Below, one piece after another: positions 20,983 through 31,167 of a stretch of DNA of 64,000 nucleotides. The notes below the pieces were generated by a model. That model made no database searches and was not told the DNA's origin. It saw only the letters and a program-made list of their open reading frames with translations. How positions within the stretch are numbered: position 1 is the first letter of the stretch; every line of letters starts with the position of its first letter. Source of the stretch: Spirochaetota bacterium (GTDB lineage Bacteria; Spirochaetota; UBA12135; COTS27; CBDBHE01); assembly GCA_965205605.1 (NCBI GenBank), contig CBDBHE010000007.1, positions 640,001 through 704,000 on the forward strand, given 5' to 3'. The position numbers and the translations under genes are program-made.

Positions 20983-23214
20983 TTATTGGTTTTCTAAATC
21001 ACGAAAGGTTTTAATCAAAAGTTTGGAAGTTAAAACTTCTGGTAAAATAATTTTTTTTTCTTTATTCCCATTTACTTTATTAGGGTAAAAGACATAAAGG
21101 GGGACCCCGAGGCGATGATAGGACTTGATGGCTTGAGTGATTTTTGGATCATACTTTGTCCAATCGGCTTCTAGCAAAGTAATGTTTTTTTCTGTAATAA
21201 TTTTAATGACTTTTTTTGAGTTTAAGGGCACTTTATTAAGCTGACATGTCAGGCACCAAGCTGCTGTAAAGTTAATAAAAACAGATTCTCCTTTATTTAA
21301 AGAAGCTTGTAGTTTTTCTTTTGAATAAGGAATCCATTTTAATGGACTATTTTGATTGCCTACAGTCGGTATGTTTTGAGAATCTGAAAATATTTTTTGG
21401 TACTTAGTTGTTATTTGAAAACTCATGTAGACACAAGAAGCAATTAACAAAAAGGTGACACTATTGACTAGATATCTTTTAATTTTAGAAAGATGCACCT
21501 TTCCCCAAGTGTCAAAAATCCATACAGATAAAGATAAAATAATTAAAATTCCAAGATGACTGATTAAAACTTGAGAAGGGGTTTGTTTAATGAGGACCCA
21601 AAAAAGCCAAACAACCGTCCCATAAATAAAAAAAGCCATTAATTGCTTGAGGGTTATCATCCAAGGACCTGCTTTAGGTAACCATTTAAGTGTTTTTGGG
21701 AACGCTAAGAACGTTATGTAAGGCAAAGCAACCCCTATGCCTAAGAAACTAAAAATTAAAAATGTTTTAAAAATATTTTGAGATAAAGTATACCCCATCG
21801 CAACTCCCATGAAAGGAGTTGTGCAAGGAGTACTAATTAAAACAGTGAGGCTTCCTTTTACAAAAGAAGAAAAATAATTGTAAGTATTTTTTTGTAAATT
21901 ACCGAGACGGGTTAATGATTGACCTATTTCAAAAACGCCTGATAAATTAAGCCCCATAAGAAAAAACAACATAATCATCAAACAAACAAAAATAGGAGAT
22001 TGTAATTGAAACCCCCAACCTACACTAAGACCTTGATGCCTTAAAATGATCACAAGTCCAGCAAAAATATATAAAGAACCTAAAACACCCAATAAGTAAG
22101 CCCCTCCATGATAGAGTCGTTTTGAAAAGCTATAATGAGTTTTTTCTATAAAACTTAATATTTTAATGGAAAGAATGGGGAACACACAAGGCATTAAATT
22201 AAGGAGTAAACCCCCTAAAAGAGCATATAAAGCAATTAATACAATAGAACGGGGGATGGTAGAAGAGGATGCGTTATGAGAAGAATGAGCGAGAGGGAGA
22301 TTAATTAATAAGGTTTGGGGCTCTCCATTATTTTTTTTAAAAGCAATGAGAGCTTTTATTTCTTTAAGAGAGGGTTGATATTTTTTGTCTAAAAAAGTTC
22401 TGATGATGTAATTTGTTGGAGATTTTTTGATGATTTTTTCTTTTTTTTGAAGATCAAAAACCCCTTCTTGATAAGGGAAGAAATGAGTTTGCTTCATGGT
22501 GTAATTTTTAAAAAAAGAAGGGTCCTTACTGATAAGATGGATGTCTAAATATTTTGGTTTTAAAATAACATTAATAGTTAAAGGGTCTTTTTTAGGATGA
22601 TAAAGCTTTGGTAATTGACTGATTTCTTTTTCGATGAGGGATTGGTAGGAAGAAATGGTTTCTTTTTTTGTGATGTTAAGGGTTAAATTTAAAACGGCTT
22701 TTCCTGGTAAACAGAGTTTTTCACAAACGAGCCAATTTAATTTGGCTTTAATTAAAATAGGTTGTTTTGGTTTTTTTTTGGGAGGGGTAATTTTAGTGAT
22801 TAAAAGTAGGGTATTTTCATAACCAAAAGTAATCGATGAAGATTCTTCTGTTTTCCATTCAATTCTTTGGGGTGCTTTCCAAATGAAGTTTGAATACGTA
22901 AATCCTTTGGGGAGGTCCCATTTGATTTGAGGAGCTAAACCTGTTTCACCTGGGTTTTTCCAGTAAAGATGCCACTTAGGCTTAATTTTAAAATGAAGCG
23001 CAACTAAAAAAGAATCTTGATCAGAATAAGTTTCAATTTCTGAAACTAGTGAAACGCTAAGTTGATTGTCTTTAAAAGAAGGGGATTGGCTGAAGAGGAC
23101 AGGAAAAAAACTTACAAGAGTCAGAAAAAATACAAACAGACTTAATGAAATTTTTTTTTTAAACAAATAGAGCCTTCTTTGATCTTTTTTACCTTTAATA
23201 AAAGTAAAAATCAT
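20983..23214 (-). CDS. dsbD: Thiol:disulfide interchange protein, DsbD family
   Basis: WHLYWKNPG and LVCEKLC N-domain, LMPCVFP and STPC TM cysteines, C-terminal thioredoxin AAWCLTC. Confidence 0.88.
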   Translation of the reverse strand: MIFTFIKGKKDQRRLYLFKKKISLSLFVFFLTLVSFFPVLFSQSPSFKDNQLSVSLVSEIETYSDQDSFLVALHFKIKPKWHLYWKNPGETGLAPQIKWDLPKGFTYSNFIWKAPQRIEWKTEESSSITFGYENTLLLITKITPPKKKPKQPILIKAKLNWLVCEKLCLPGKAVLNLTLNITKKETISSYQSLIEKEISQLPKLYHPKKDPLTINVILKPKYLDIHLISKDPSFFKNYTMKQTHFFPYQEGVFDLQKKEKIIKKSPTNYIIRTFLDKKYQPSLKEIKALIAFKKNNGEPQTLLINLPLAHSSHNASSSTIPRSIVLIALYALLGGLLLNLMPCVFPILSIKILSFIEKTHYSFSKRLYHGGAYLLGVLGSLYIFAGLVIILRHQGLSVGWGFQLQSPIFVCLMIMLFFLMGLNLSGVFEIGQSLTRLGNLQKNTYNYFSSFVKGSLTVLISTPCTTPFMGVAMGYTLSQNIFKTFLIFSFLGIGVALPYITFLAFPKTLKWLPKAGPWMITLKQLMAFFIYGTVVWLFWVLIKQTPSQVLISHLGILIILSLSVWIFDTWGKVHLSKIKRYLVNSVTFLLIASCVYMSFQITTKYQKIFSDSQNIPTVGNQNSPLKWIPYSKEKLQASLNKGESVFINFTAAWCLTCQLNKVPLNSKKVIKIITEKNITLLEADWTKYDPKITQAIKSYHRLGVPLYVFYPNKVNGNKEKKIILPEVLTSKLLIKTFRDLENQ

Positions 23215-23381
23215 TAATTTTAGACTAATTATACTAAGTAAAGATAGAAAAAACCATCTTATTGTTTTACTTCTTTATAAGAGGTAAAAAAAAACTATTT
23301 TTTTAAAAATATCTAATTAAGTTAAAAACCTACTTGAGTAGTATATAAAATCGACTTTATATAGTCAAGAGAGTATTTTTA

Positions 23382-24908
23382 ATGTATATAAAACTTTTAT
23401 CCTATTCTTTAGCAGGACTTGAATCAATTCAAGTTGAAATTGAAATTAAAGTAAATCCGGGGATCCCTAAGTTTGAAGTGATTGGTTTGCCTGATATCTC
23501 CATTAAAGAATCGAAGGAGAGAATTTTTCATTCTATTAGACAATTTAATTATAAAGTGCCCCCAGGCAATATTACGGTTAATTTAGCTCCAGCAGAATTA
23601 AAAAAAAAAGGAACGAATTATGATTTACCCATTGCATTAGGCATTCTTTTATCTTCAAAGCAAATTGATTCTAAAAGAGATTTGAAAGAGCTTCTTATTG
23701 CAGGAGAACTTTCACTTGATGGCAGTGTTAGAAGAGTTAATGGTATTTTTAATACGGCGATTTCTCTAAAGGAAAAAAAATATACTTATTTAATTCCTAG
23801 TGAAAATATTTTGGAGCTTAAATCGCTTTCAAAAAATCAAAAAGCTCAAGGTATTTTGAATATAAAAGAAGCCATTGATTTTTTAGAAGGCAACTTAATT
23901 AAATCTGAAAAGAAGCCAATGACTTTAGAACCCAATTCACTTTTAGATAAGCGAGAAATAAAAAAAAAGAAAAAAAATCCTTTAGATTTTGGTAATATTT
24001 TAGGTCAGGATTTGGCTAAATTGGCGATACAGTTGTCGATTATAGGGAAACTTAATTTACTTTTTATAGGCCCTCCAGGGTGTGGAAAATCAATGCTGAT
24101 GCAAAGTATCAAGACGGTTTTAGGGGATATCAATGATCAAGAAGCCATTGAAGTCACTAAAATTCATCTTGCTCGTGGGGAAGTGTTTGAAGAGATTATT
24201 AAAACACAACCTTTTCGAGAAGTGCACAGCACGATATCAATGCATTCTCTTATTGGGGGGGGGAGTATTCCAAAACCAGGAGAGGTTAGTTTGGCTCATA
24301 AAGGATACTTGTTTTTAGATGAATTATCTGAGTTTCAGTCTCAAACCATTCAAAGTTTAAGGAAGCCGATGGAAGAAAAAAAAATCAAACTTGATCGAGT
24401 CAATCAATCAGTTGTGTATCCGTGTGATTTTACTCTTTTAGCGGCGACTAATCCTTGTCGGTGTGGTTATTTTTTTGAAGGAGGAGAAGGAGAACAGTTT
24501 TGCACATGTTCTAGAAGAATGATTCAACAATTTTATAGTCGAATTTCAAGTCCTTTTTTAGATCGCTTTGATATTATTTTGTATATCGATCGAATTAAAA
24601 AAAAAGATTTTGAAAATACAACGACATTAACATCAAAAGAAATGAAAATTAAAATTGATTTAGTAAAACAAAGTTATCAAAAAAGAAACTTTCCTTATTT
24701 ATTTATGCCCCTTAAAGAGGTTGTAAAGCGCTACCCTTTTTGTAAAGAAATTTTTATTAGAGCACTTGAAAAAAAAGTGATTTCTCTTAGGAAAATTAGT
24801 TCTGTTTTAAAAGTAGCTTCTGTGTTACAAGCCATGGAAAAAGAAGAGTTTAATTTAACTCTTCTTTTAAAAGCCATGGAGTTTGCTCGATATGAATGGC
24901 CAGATTGA
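23382..24908 (+). CDS. comM: YifB/ComM Mg-chelatase-like AAA+ ATPase
   Basis: GLPDISIKESKER, NLAPA, YDLPIA, GPPGCGKS, PGEVSLAHKG, NPCRCG. Confidence 0.9.
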   Translation: MYIKLLSYSLAGLESIQVEIEIKVNPGIPKFEVIGLPDISIKESKERIFHSIRQFNYKVPPGNITVNLAPAELKKKGTNYDLPIALGILLSSKQIDSKRDLKELLIAGELSLDGSVRRVNGIFNTAISLKEKKYTYLIPSENILELKSLSKNQKAQGILNIKEAIDFLEGNLIKSEKKPMTLEPNSLLDKREIKKKKKNPLDFGNILGQDLAKLAIQLSIIGKLNLLFIGPPGCGKSMLMQSIKTVLGDINDQEAIEVTKIHLARGEVFEEIIKTQPFREVHSTISMHSLIGGGSIPKPGEVSLAHKGYLFLDELSEFQSQTIQSLRKPMEEKKIKLDRVNQSVVYPCDFTLLAATNPCRCGYFFEGGEGEQFCTCSRRMIQQFYSRISSPFLDRFDIILYIDRIKKKDFENTTTLTSKEMKIKIDLVKQSYQKRNFPYLFMPLKEVVKRYPFCKEIFIRALEKKVISLRKISSVLKVASVLQAMEKEEFNLTLLLKAMEFARYEWPD

Positions 24909-24919
24909 GCTTGTTATAT

Positions 24920-25459
24920 TTATTTAACTTGCTTTTGAATAATCTTGTCAACGCTTTTATTAATTCTATTTTTTAAGTTTTTTGACTGAAAAATAAATGT
25001 AATTCGGGCATCATGATTTTTTGTATATCGTTCTTTTGTTGATATGGGAGAAGGAATCTTTCCACTGACCCCTGATTGGATAACGTCTTCAATTAATTTT
25101 CCATTTTTAGTGCCTGTTTTGGCTTCTAAAAAAGATCCGACGACTTTTTCTAAAAAATCTCTTTTGGCTTGTTCTTTAGCGGCTCGTTTAGAGATTTGTT
25201 CTAAAATGATACCTGGTTTCGCTTCTTTCCCTTCTGTGTTGGCGTTTTTAGATTCTTCGATGTAGTATTTTTTTCTATCCCACTGTCCACTGACAACAAG
25301 GACGTACATATCATTATTTTTCCATCCTTCAGTGCCTGTGGTGCTTCGTCCACCACGAAAGCTAGGATTATTTCCATATCTACTAGCACAAGAAATAAAA
25401 AATATCATTGTTAGCATGGAAAAACCAATGCTTTTAATTATTTTTTTTGTTATTTTCAT
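24920..25459 (-). CDS. Lipoprotein, LipL21/LPP20-like
   Basis: Lipobox FFISC; TEGW...YY...RAAKEQA...EKVVGSFLEAKTGTKNG recalls leptospiral LipL21 from memory. Confidence 0.55.
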   Translation of the reverse strand: MKITKKIIKSIGFSMLTMIFFISCASRYGNNPSFRGGRSTTGTEGWKNNDMYVLVVSGQWDRKKYYIEESKNANTEGKEAKPGIILEQISKRAAKEQAKRDFLEKVVGSFLEAKTGTKNGKLIEDVIQSGVSGKIPSPISTKERYTKNHDARITFIFQSKNLKNRINKSVDKIIQKQVK

Positions 25460-25501
25460 TTTTTTTCTCCTTTTTATTTTGAAAATTGTAGTCCCTTTTT
25501 A

Positions 25502-26701
25502 TTATTTCTTTACAAGGGATATTGATTTTGTGTTGTATTTTGTAAGTTTTAAAGTAGTCAAAACTTTGTTTTCGTTAATAAGCATTTTGACTAACTCACT
25601 GCTATTTCCAGAGTAACGCACTAAAAGAGTCAAAGTTTTTTTATTAAATCCTCTTTCAAAAATATTTTTAATCCCTTCAATATTTTTTAAAATATTATCT
25701 TTAATAGAGGTTGCTTCTCCATAAGAGATTTTTGAAATGATTAATTGGTATTCAAAGCCTTGATTAATCATATCATCCCAGCGTTTAATGATTGTTTTAA
25801 ATAAAGATTCAACGGCTTTTTTAGAAGTTTTTTTCAAAGCTCCTTTAGTAGCAGTTATGGGGTCAATGCTTGAGTATGCCCCTTGATGCGAAGCCGAAGC
25901 AATGAGGGAGGCATCACCGGCATAAATTGCATTGGCTTCGAGAGTAGATCGAATGGAAGTCCAATTATCAGGTAAAAAAGAAACATTTTGTTTGGCATAT
26001 TGGATTTGGATTTGGATTAAAATTTGAACGCCGTTTTTAGAAATAATCTGTGCTAAAGCTTCTAAATTAGATTTTTTTTTTTGAATGTTTAATATACTTT
26101 TATAAGTGGTTTCATCAATAAACTGAAATTGTTTTTCAGTTAAATAATTTTGAAAAATTTCTTTCACATGAGCTTCATAAGGACTATTTTTCAGTTGACT
26201 AGAAGCATCCTTAACAAGGACCATTAAATAGGGGCGAGTGACTCTTTGTTGTAAAATCCCCAAACTTAAAACATCGTCTTTGATGTCTTTAATCGTAACC
26301 CAAGCTTGAATGGTGACTATTTTTGTTTTTCCAGATTTTTTTGTATTTAATACTTTGTATTTTTGAATAAAACCAGTACTTTTAGAATAAATATGATCTT
26401 CTATTAAAGTAGCATTTTTAACGAGAGTTTGAGATTCGATCATAGTGCCTAGTGTTTCTTCGACAGCATTTCGCATGGCATGTTCGAGGGCTCTTTCATA
26501 GGCACTTTGCTCCCCTGACTTGGTGATTTGAGCCAGACCTGTTGATTCAACAATTTTAATTTCGTCTTTTTGTCTTTGATCGTTTTTGTTTAAAATAATT
26601 TCAGGCTTTTTAGCTTGTAGAAAAAAAGGAGTCAGAATAAGAAATGTCAATAAAAAAATTTGATTCAATCTATAAAAAAAATAAGTGAAAAAGACTGGCA
26701 T
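25502..26701 (-). CDS. Secreted protein with FlgT-N-like domain
   Basis: Signal peptide; AYERALEHAMRNAVEETLGTMIESQTLV...IYSKSTGFIQKYKV FlgT_N/LPP20-type pattern. Confidence 0.65.
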   Translation of the reverse strand: MPVFFTYFFYRLNQIFLLTFLILTPFFLQAKKPEIILNKNDQRQKDEIKIVESTGLAQITKSGEQSAYERALEHAMRNAVEETLGTMIESQTLVKNATLIEDHIYSKSTGFIQKYKVLNTKKSGKTKIVTIQAWVTIKDIKDDVLSLGILQQRVTRPYLMVLVKDASSQLKNSPYEAHVKEIFQNYLTEKQFQFIDETTYKSILNIQKKKSNLEALAQIISKNGVQILIQIQIQYAKQNVSFLPDNWTSIRSTLEANAIYAGDASLIASASHQGAYSSIDPITATKGALKKTSKKAVESLFKTIIKRWDDMINQGFEYQLIISKISYGEATSIKDNILKNIEGIKNIFERGFNKKTLTLLVRYSGNSSELVKMLINENKVLTTLKLTKYNTKSISLVKK

Positions 26702-26728
26702 TAGTAGTTTTTTAAAAAATATTATACA

Positions 26729-26757
26729 ATTATATTCTTTAAAAATTTTAAAGTCAA
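26729..26757 (-). promoter_or_regulatory. Sigma70 promoter for the FlgT-like/LipL21-like pair
   Basis: Minus strand TTGACT-17 bp-TATAAT, 27 bp before the ATG. Confidence 0.65.
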
Positions 26758-26839
26758 TTTTGTATCATGATTTAATTTATCAATTTGAACCTAAAATTCA
26801 AACTTAAATAAAAGATCTATTTAAAAGTTAGAGTCGTCA

Positions 26840-27517
26840 ATGTATCTTCAAGAATGTATTAAAGCTCTAAAGATTCTTTTTAAAACAATTGTTTTATTTT
26901 TTTTACTTTTTTTTGTAAATCTTATTTTACAATTAATTTATCGCTACTTATTGCTTGATTCGTTTGATAGTCAGCTTTTCCTAAAGTCTTTTTATGTGGC
27001 TTTTTCATTAAAAAATGGCATTACTTTCTTTCATTTTTTTTACCCTTTATTACTTTTTTTCATTTTATATAACTTATATACAAATATGCCTTTTTATTCA
27101 AAGGATTTTTATTTATTGTTATTGGTCCGTTTATTTTTTCTTTTAAGTATGGTGGTAGGATTACTTTATTTGTTTTGGTTTTCCAATCATTTGAAACTGA
27201 TCAAAAGAAATTGGCATAAGCCTCAAGAGCATTTAGAATGGTCTTTATTAAATACTTCTTTTTTAAAGGATAGTAAAGTAAAAAAAAATTATTTTTTAAC
27301 TTTGAAGCTAAAAAAACCAAAAAAATTACCTTATATTAATGAAATCTTAAAGCTAAGATATAAAAATTGGAAATTTATTTTAATGGTTTTAGGTTATTTG
27401 TATGGAGTGGGTATTATTTTAAATTTTTTAAGAAGGATGGTACCTTTTTTTTTTTCTAATTTAAATGAACTTTTATTAGTTATTTTTTTTATTTTATGTA
27501 TTTTTGTTTATTATTAA
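26840..27517 (+). CDS. Hypothetical integral membrane protein
   Basis: About 5 hydrophobic segments; no recognisable motif. Confidence 0.6.
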   Translation: MYLQECIKALKILFKTIVLFFLLFFVNLILQLIYRYLLLDSFDSQLFLKSFYVAFSLKNGITFFHFFYPLLLFFILYNLYTNMPFYSKDFYLLLLVRLFFLLSMVVGLLYLFWFSNHLKLIKRNWHKPQEHLEWSLLNTSFLKDSKVKKNYFLTLKLKKPKKLPYINEILKLRYKNWKFILMVLGYLYGVGIILNFLRRMVPFFFSNLNELLLVIFFILCIFVYY

Positions 27518-27548
27518 ATTAATTTTACCGAAAATTTAGAGAGACAAG

Positions 27549-29075
27549 ATGAGTGTTATTGAGTTTTTTAAAGATCTTTTTGCTACTTCTCCGGAGCAGA
27601 AGAAAAATCGAGCTTTAAAAAAAATTGTTAGAAAATTAGCATATCTTCATCCTCCTGTTATTAATGAAAAAACAGAGGATATCCATCCGAAATTTGTTTA
27701 TTTTCTTTTAAATACGATTAGACCTTTAATTGGGATCATTCCTACTTTTAAAGAAGAGCTTGAAGTTAAAAAAGGACAAGGCTTTATTAAATATATTCTT
27801 GAAAAGAAGATTGATAAAAAAGTGGTTTTGGAAATGAGTGTTTTTAATAGTGAAGAAAGTATTTTGAATTTATCTAAAGAAAGTGAAATGACAGAAGAAA
27901 AAATGATTATTAAATTAAATGAGGTGGTTAAAAACTATAATACTTATTTATCTCCTCAAGTGAAGCAAAATTTAAATATTTGTTATAGTGATGTTTGTAG
28001 ATTAATGGATTTAAGGGATTTTGATTTTTTAAATTTTTTTAGAGAATTTGACTCTTCTTATGAAGTTAATAAATCACCCAGTTTAATTCGATTTCGATCT
28101 AAAGAAGTTGAAATTTTTACTCAAGACTTTATGTTATTAGATAAAGTGTTTGGTTCCATTGGAATAGGTCGTTCTTTTTTAGAGAATGTGTTTGATTATT
28201 CTGAGTTTGTTGGTAGGGAAATTGAAAAAGGGAAATTAAATCAAGTGTTTAAAAACATTACTTTTTTAAATACGCATAAAATCTTTTTTAACCTTATTAA
28301 TTTTGGTAAAAAGAGCTTTGATTATCGTTCTGCTTTTAAGACGAATCTTGTTATTGACTTTAATCATTTGATACAATCTTTTTTACAAAAAGCCAGAGCT
28401 CAGATTTCGAATATTTATAAAAGGAAAAAGCAGCTTCATTCTAAAGAGCTTTCTGGTAAACTGTTTTCAGGGGTTAATCCACCTAGCCTTGCTTTTTATA
28501 ATCTAGAACAAAATAATTTTTTACAAGGGCAATCAATTGGGAAGGCTTTTTTAAAATATGTTTATGAAATCAACTTAGTCTATGGTTTTTTAGTTGCCAG
28601 GTATGCAGAAGAAATCAAACCTTTGATTGATATGATAGTGGTTAAAGGGGATTTTAACCAAGAAGAGATGCGAAAATCTTCTAATGATGCTTTTTTTCAG
28701 CTGAATGATTTAGTTACTTTGCTTGGGGCATTTGATCAAAAAATGTCTGATGAGGGAGAATTTGGTATTCGTCTTAAAAGATTAGCGACTACTTATAAAC
28801 CAGAAGATAGTCAATATCATAATATTTTAAAAGATTTTGTTGCAGAAATTGATGAAGAGGCTAAAGAAATCGTTAAAATCAGCCTTACTGCTTTTAAAGT
28901 GATTTTCTTTCTTTTAAAAAATATCACTGAAACCCATCAACAACAATCTAGGCAATGTCTTAGAAATATTTCTGATTTTGCAGGGGCTAAAACAAGCCTG
29001 ATTGTTAATAATAAAATGAAAACTGCCCTAAATTACTTAAAGCTTTTCTTTCATATTATTAAAAATAAACCGTAA
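27549..29075 (+). CDS. DUF5312-like spirochaete conserved protein
   Basis: N-terminus FFKDLFATSPEQKKNRALKKI and FDFLNFFREFD resemble this helical family (from memory). Confidence 0.6.
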   Translation: MSVIEFFKDLFATSPEQKKNRALKKIVRKLAYLHPPVINEKTEDIHPKFVYFLLNTIRPLIGIIPTFKEELEVKKGQGFIKYILEKKIDKKVVLEMSVFNSEESILNLSKESEMTEEKMIIKLNEVVKNYNTYLSPQVKQNLNICYSDVCRLMDLRDFDFLNFFREFDSSYEVNKSPSLIRFRSKEVEIFTQDFMLLDKVFGSIGIGRSFLENVFDYSEFVGREIEKGKLNQVFKNITFLNTHKIFFNLINFGKKSFDYRSAFKTNLVIDFNHLIQSFLQKARAQISNIYKRKKQLHSKELSGKLFSGVNPPSLAFYNLEQNNFLQGQSIGKAFLKYVYEINLVYGFLVARYAEEIKPLIDMIVVKGDFNQEEMRKSSNDAFFQLNDLVTLLGAFDQKMSDEGEFGIRLKRLATTYKPEDSQYHNILKDFVAEIDEEAKEIVKISLTAFKVIFFLLKNITETHQQQSRQCLRNISDFAGAKTSLIVNNKMKTALNYLKLFFHIIKNKP

Positions 29076-29084
29076 AGTAAAGCT

Positions 29085-30185
29085 TTAATTTAAAGCTTGA
29101 TAAGCTCTTATTTGCTTGATTAGCTCTTGTTTGAAAAAGGGATAAGTATATTGTTTTTTATGTTGGTAAGCTTTACCGATAGACTCAATAAAGACTATTT
29201 GGATTGTTTGAGCCGTATTTTTTTTATCTTTTAGCATTAAGTCATAAAGATCAATTATTTTTATGAAAGCAGGGTACTTAAGCGAAAATTCAAATTGTTT
29301 CAATATTAAACGTACTTTATTAAATGCGTGATTGGATAAGATACCAGCTTGTTTGGCTAAGAAAGCTTCTAGAAGCATCCCAATAGCAATACTATTTCCA
29401 TGAGAGAGCTTGTAATTAGATCCTTTTTCGATGCCATGACCTATGGTGTGACCGAAGTTTAAAATCTGTCGGTATCTCTCTTCTTTTTCATCAAATTTAA
29501 CCACTTTCTTTTTACAAAGAATACTTTTTATAATCATTTTGATGACTGTTTTCTGATCTCTTTTAAAAATCAAATCTTTTTTTTGAACTAATAGCTTGTA
29601 TAATGAGATGTCTAAAATTAAGGCATATTTAATCACTTCAGCAAGCCCTTGTTGGTATTCTTTTTGAGGAAGAGTTTTTAGTAAATCGATATCAAGTAGA
29701 ATTTTTTTTGGATGGTAAAAAGCTCCAATAAGATTTTTTCCTTGTAAAGTATTAATCCCGGTTTTCCCTCCAATACTAGAGTCAACGATTGAGATGATAC
29801 TAGTGGGAATTTGAATATAGTCAATGCCTCTATAAAGAGTTGCTGCCACAAACCCTACGATATCACCGACGACACCTCCACCAAAAGCAATGAGTAAGCT
29901 TTTTCTATTAAAATGATTTGTAATTAAAAAATCTTCTATTTGTTCTTTAATGGTACGATTTTTGGAGGGCTCACCTGCTTTAAAAGAAAAGAGAAAAACT
30001 TGATGATTTAAAAATGATTTTAAAACTGAAACATACTTTTTTTTTAAATTAGAATCTGTAATAATAGCTACTTTACCTTTAGAGCAGTAGGCTGGGATAA
30101 TACTAGCAAGTTTTTTTTTGAAAAAGTTTGATCCAATAAAAATGGGGTATTGTTTTGAAGTTGTTTTAATAATCAGTTTTTTCAA
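29085..30185 (-). CDS. aroB: 3-dehydroquinate synthase
   Basis: GGGVVGD, DSSIGGKTG, KNLIGAFY, LNFGHTIGH. Confidence 0.96.
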   Translation of the reverse strand: MKKLIIKTTSKQYPIFIGSNFFKKKLASIIPAYCSKGKVAIITDSNLKKKYVSVLKSFLNHQVFLFSFKAGEPSKNRTIKEQIEDFLITNHFNRKSLLIAFGGGVVGDIVGFVAATLYRGIDYIQIPTSIISIVDSSIGGKTGINTLQGKNLIGAFYHPKKILLDIDLLKTLPQKEYQQGLAEVIKYALILDISLYKLLVQKKDLIFKRDQKTVIKMIIKSILCKKKVVKFDEKEERYRQILNFGHTIGHGIEKGSNYKLSHGNSIAIGMLLEAFLAKQAGILSNHAFNKVRLILKQFEFSLKYPAFIKIIDLYDLMLKDKKNTAQTIQIVFIESIGKAYQHKKQYTYPFFKQELIKQIRAYQALN

Positions 30186-30199
30186 AGAAAATCATCTTT

Positions 30200-30682
30200 T
30201 TAATTATTTTTTTCTAAAATGATATTCAAATCAATAATCCCCACATCTGTTTCAAATGGGATGACAATTATTTCTTGATGAGATTCTTCAAAAATTTCAA
30301 TGGCTTCTCCATGAAAAATAGTAGGAGAAGAAGTTTTAATTTCGATATCTTTTTGAATAAATTTACTAACAGCATTTCCACAAATAATATTGCCAAATTC
30401 TTTTAAAGCATAAATATATAAATCATTTGTTTCTGCTTGAGTATTTTTAGTGAATCTTTCTGTAAATCGTTGACTAGTTTCAAAAGACATACAAACAATC
30501 ACACGACCGATTAGCTCTTCAGTAAAAGCGATCAAAATAGCGATACCATTAATAGGATTAATTTTTTTTCGAATGACTAATTGCCCTTTTCGACTATAGA
30601 TACGCAGATGTTCTTTTAAAACTTCGTAGAATGATTTTGAAAAAATATTAATATCATCAAGGTTGGTTTTACTTGGATTCAT
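30200..30682 (-). CDS. cheX: Chemotaxis phosphatase CheX family
   Basis: EFGNIICGNA (ExxN), SSPTIFHG, IPFETDVG. Confidence 0.8.
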   Translation of the reverse strand: MNPSKTNLDDINIFSKSFYEVLKEHLRIYSRKGQLVIRKKINPINGIAILIAFTEELIGRVIVCMSFETSQRFTERFTKNTQAETNDLYIYALKEFGNIICGNAVSKFIQKDIEIKTSSPTIFHGEAIEIFEESHQEIIVIPFETDVGIIDLNIILEKNN

Positions 30683-30696
30683 TTTTAAGTAATTTT

Positions 30697-31158
30697 TTAA
30701 AGACTGATCTTTTTTATTTGATAATTTTTTTCTCCCGCAGGGACTTGAATGGATATTTTAGTTTGTACTTTTTTGCCAAGGAGTGCTTTTGCAACAAGGC
30801 TTTTAATAGAGATTTTAGATTCTTTTGCATTGGCTTCTGAGGGGCTAACGATTTGGTAGCAAATTTTTTGATTATTTTTCAAATCAATGAGAGAGACTTT
30901 TTTTCCAAAAGTAACAATATTTTTTGGAAGAGTAGTGATGTCGATGACTTGACAATTGTGCAAATCACCACTAATTTTTTGGATTTCTGCATTGAGCATT
31001 CCTTGTCGTTCTTTAGCGGCGTGATAATCAGCATTTTCTTTGAGGTCACCTTTTTTTCTTGCTTCAGAAATAATACTGGGAAGGGTTTTAAATTCTTTTT
31101 TAAGTTCTTCTAATTTTAATTCGAGTTGTTTTTTACCTTTATCTGTAATTGGTATCAT
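30697..31158 (-). CDS. greA: Transcription elongation factor GreA
   Basis: GDLKENADYHAAKE, ISIKSLVAKALLG. Confidence 0.95.
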   Translation of the reverse strand: MIPITDKGKKQLELKLEELKKEFKTLPSIISEARKKGDLKENADYHAAKERQGMLNAEIQKISGDLHNCQVIDITTLPKNIVTFGKKVSLIDLKNNQKICYQIVSPSEANAKESKISIKSLVAKALLGKKVQTKISIQVPAGEKNYQIKKISL

Positions 31159-31167
31159 TTGAGTTTC

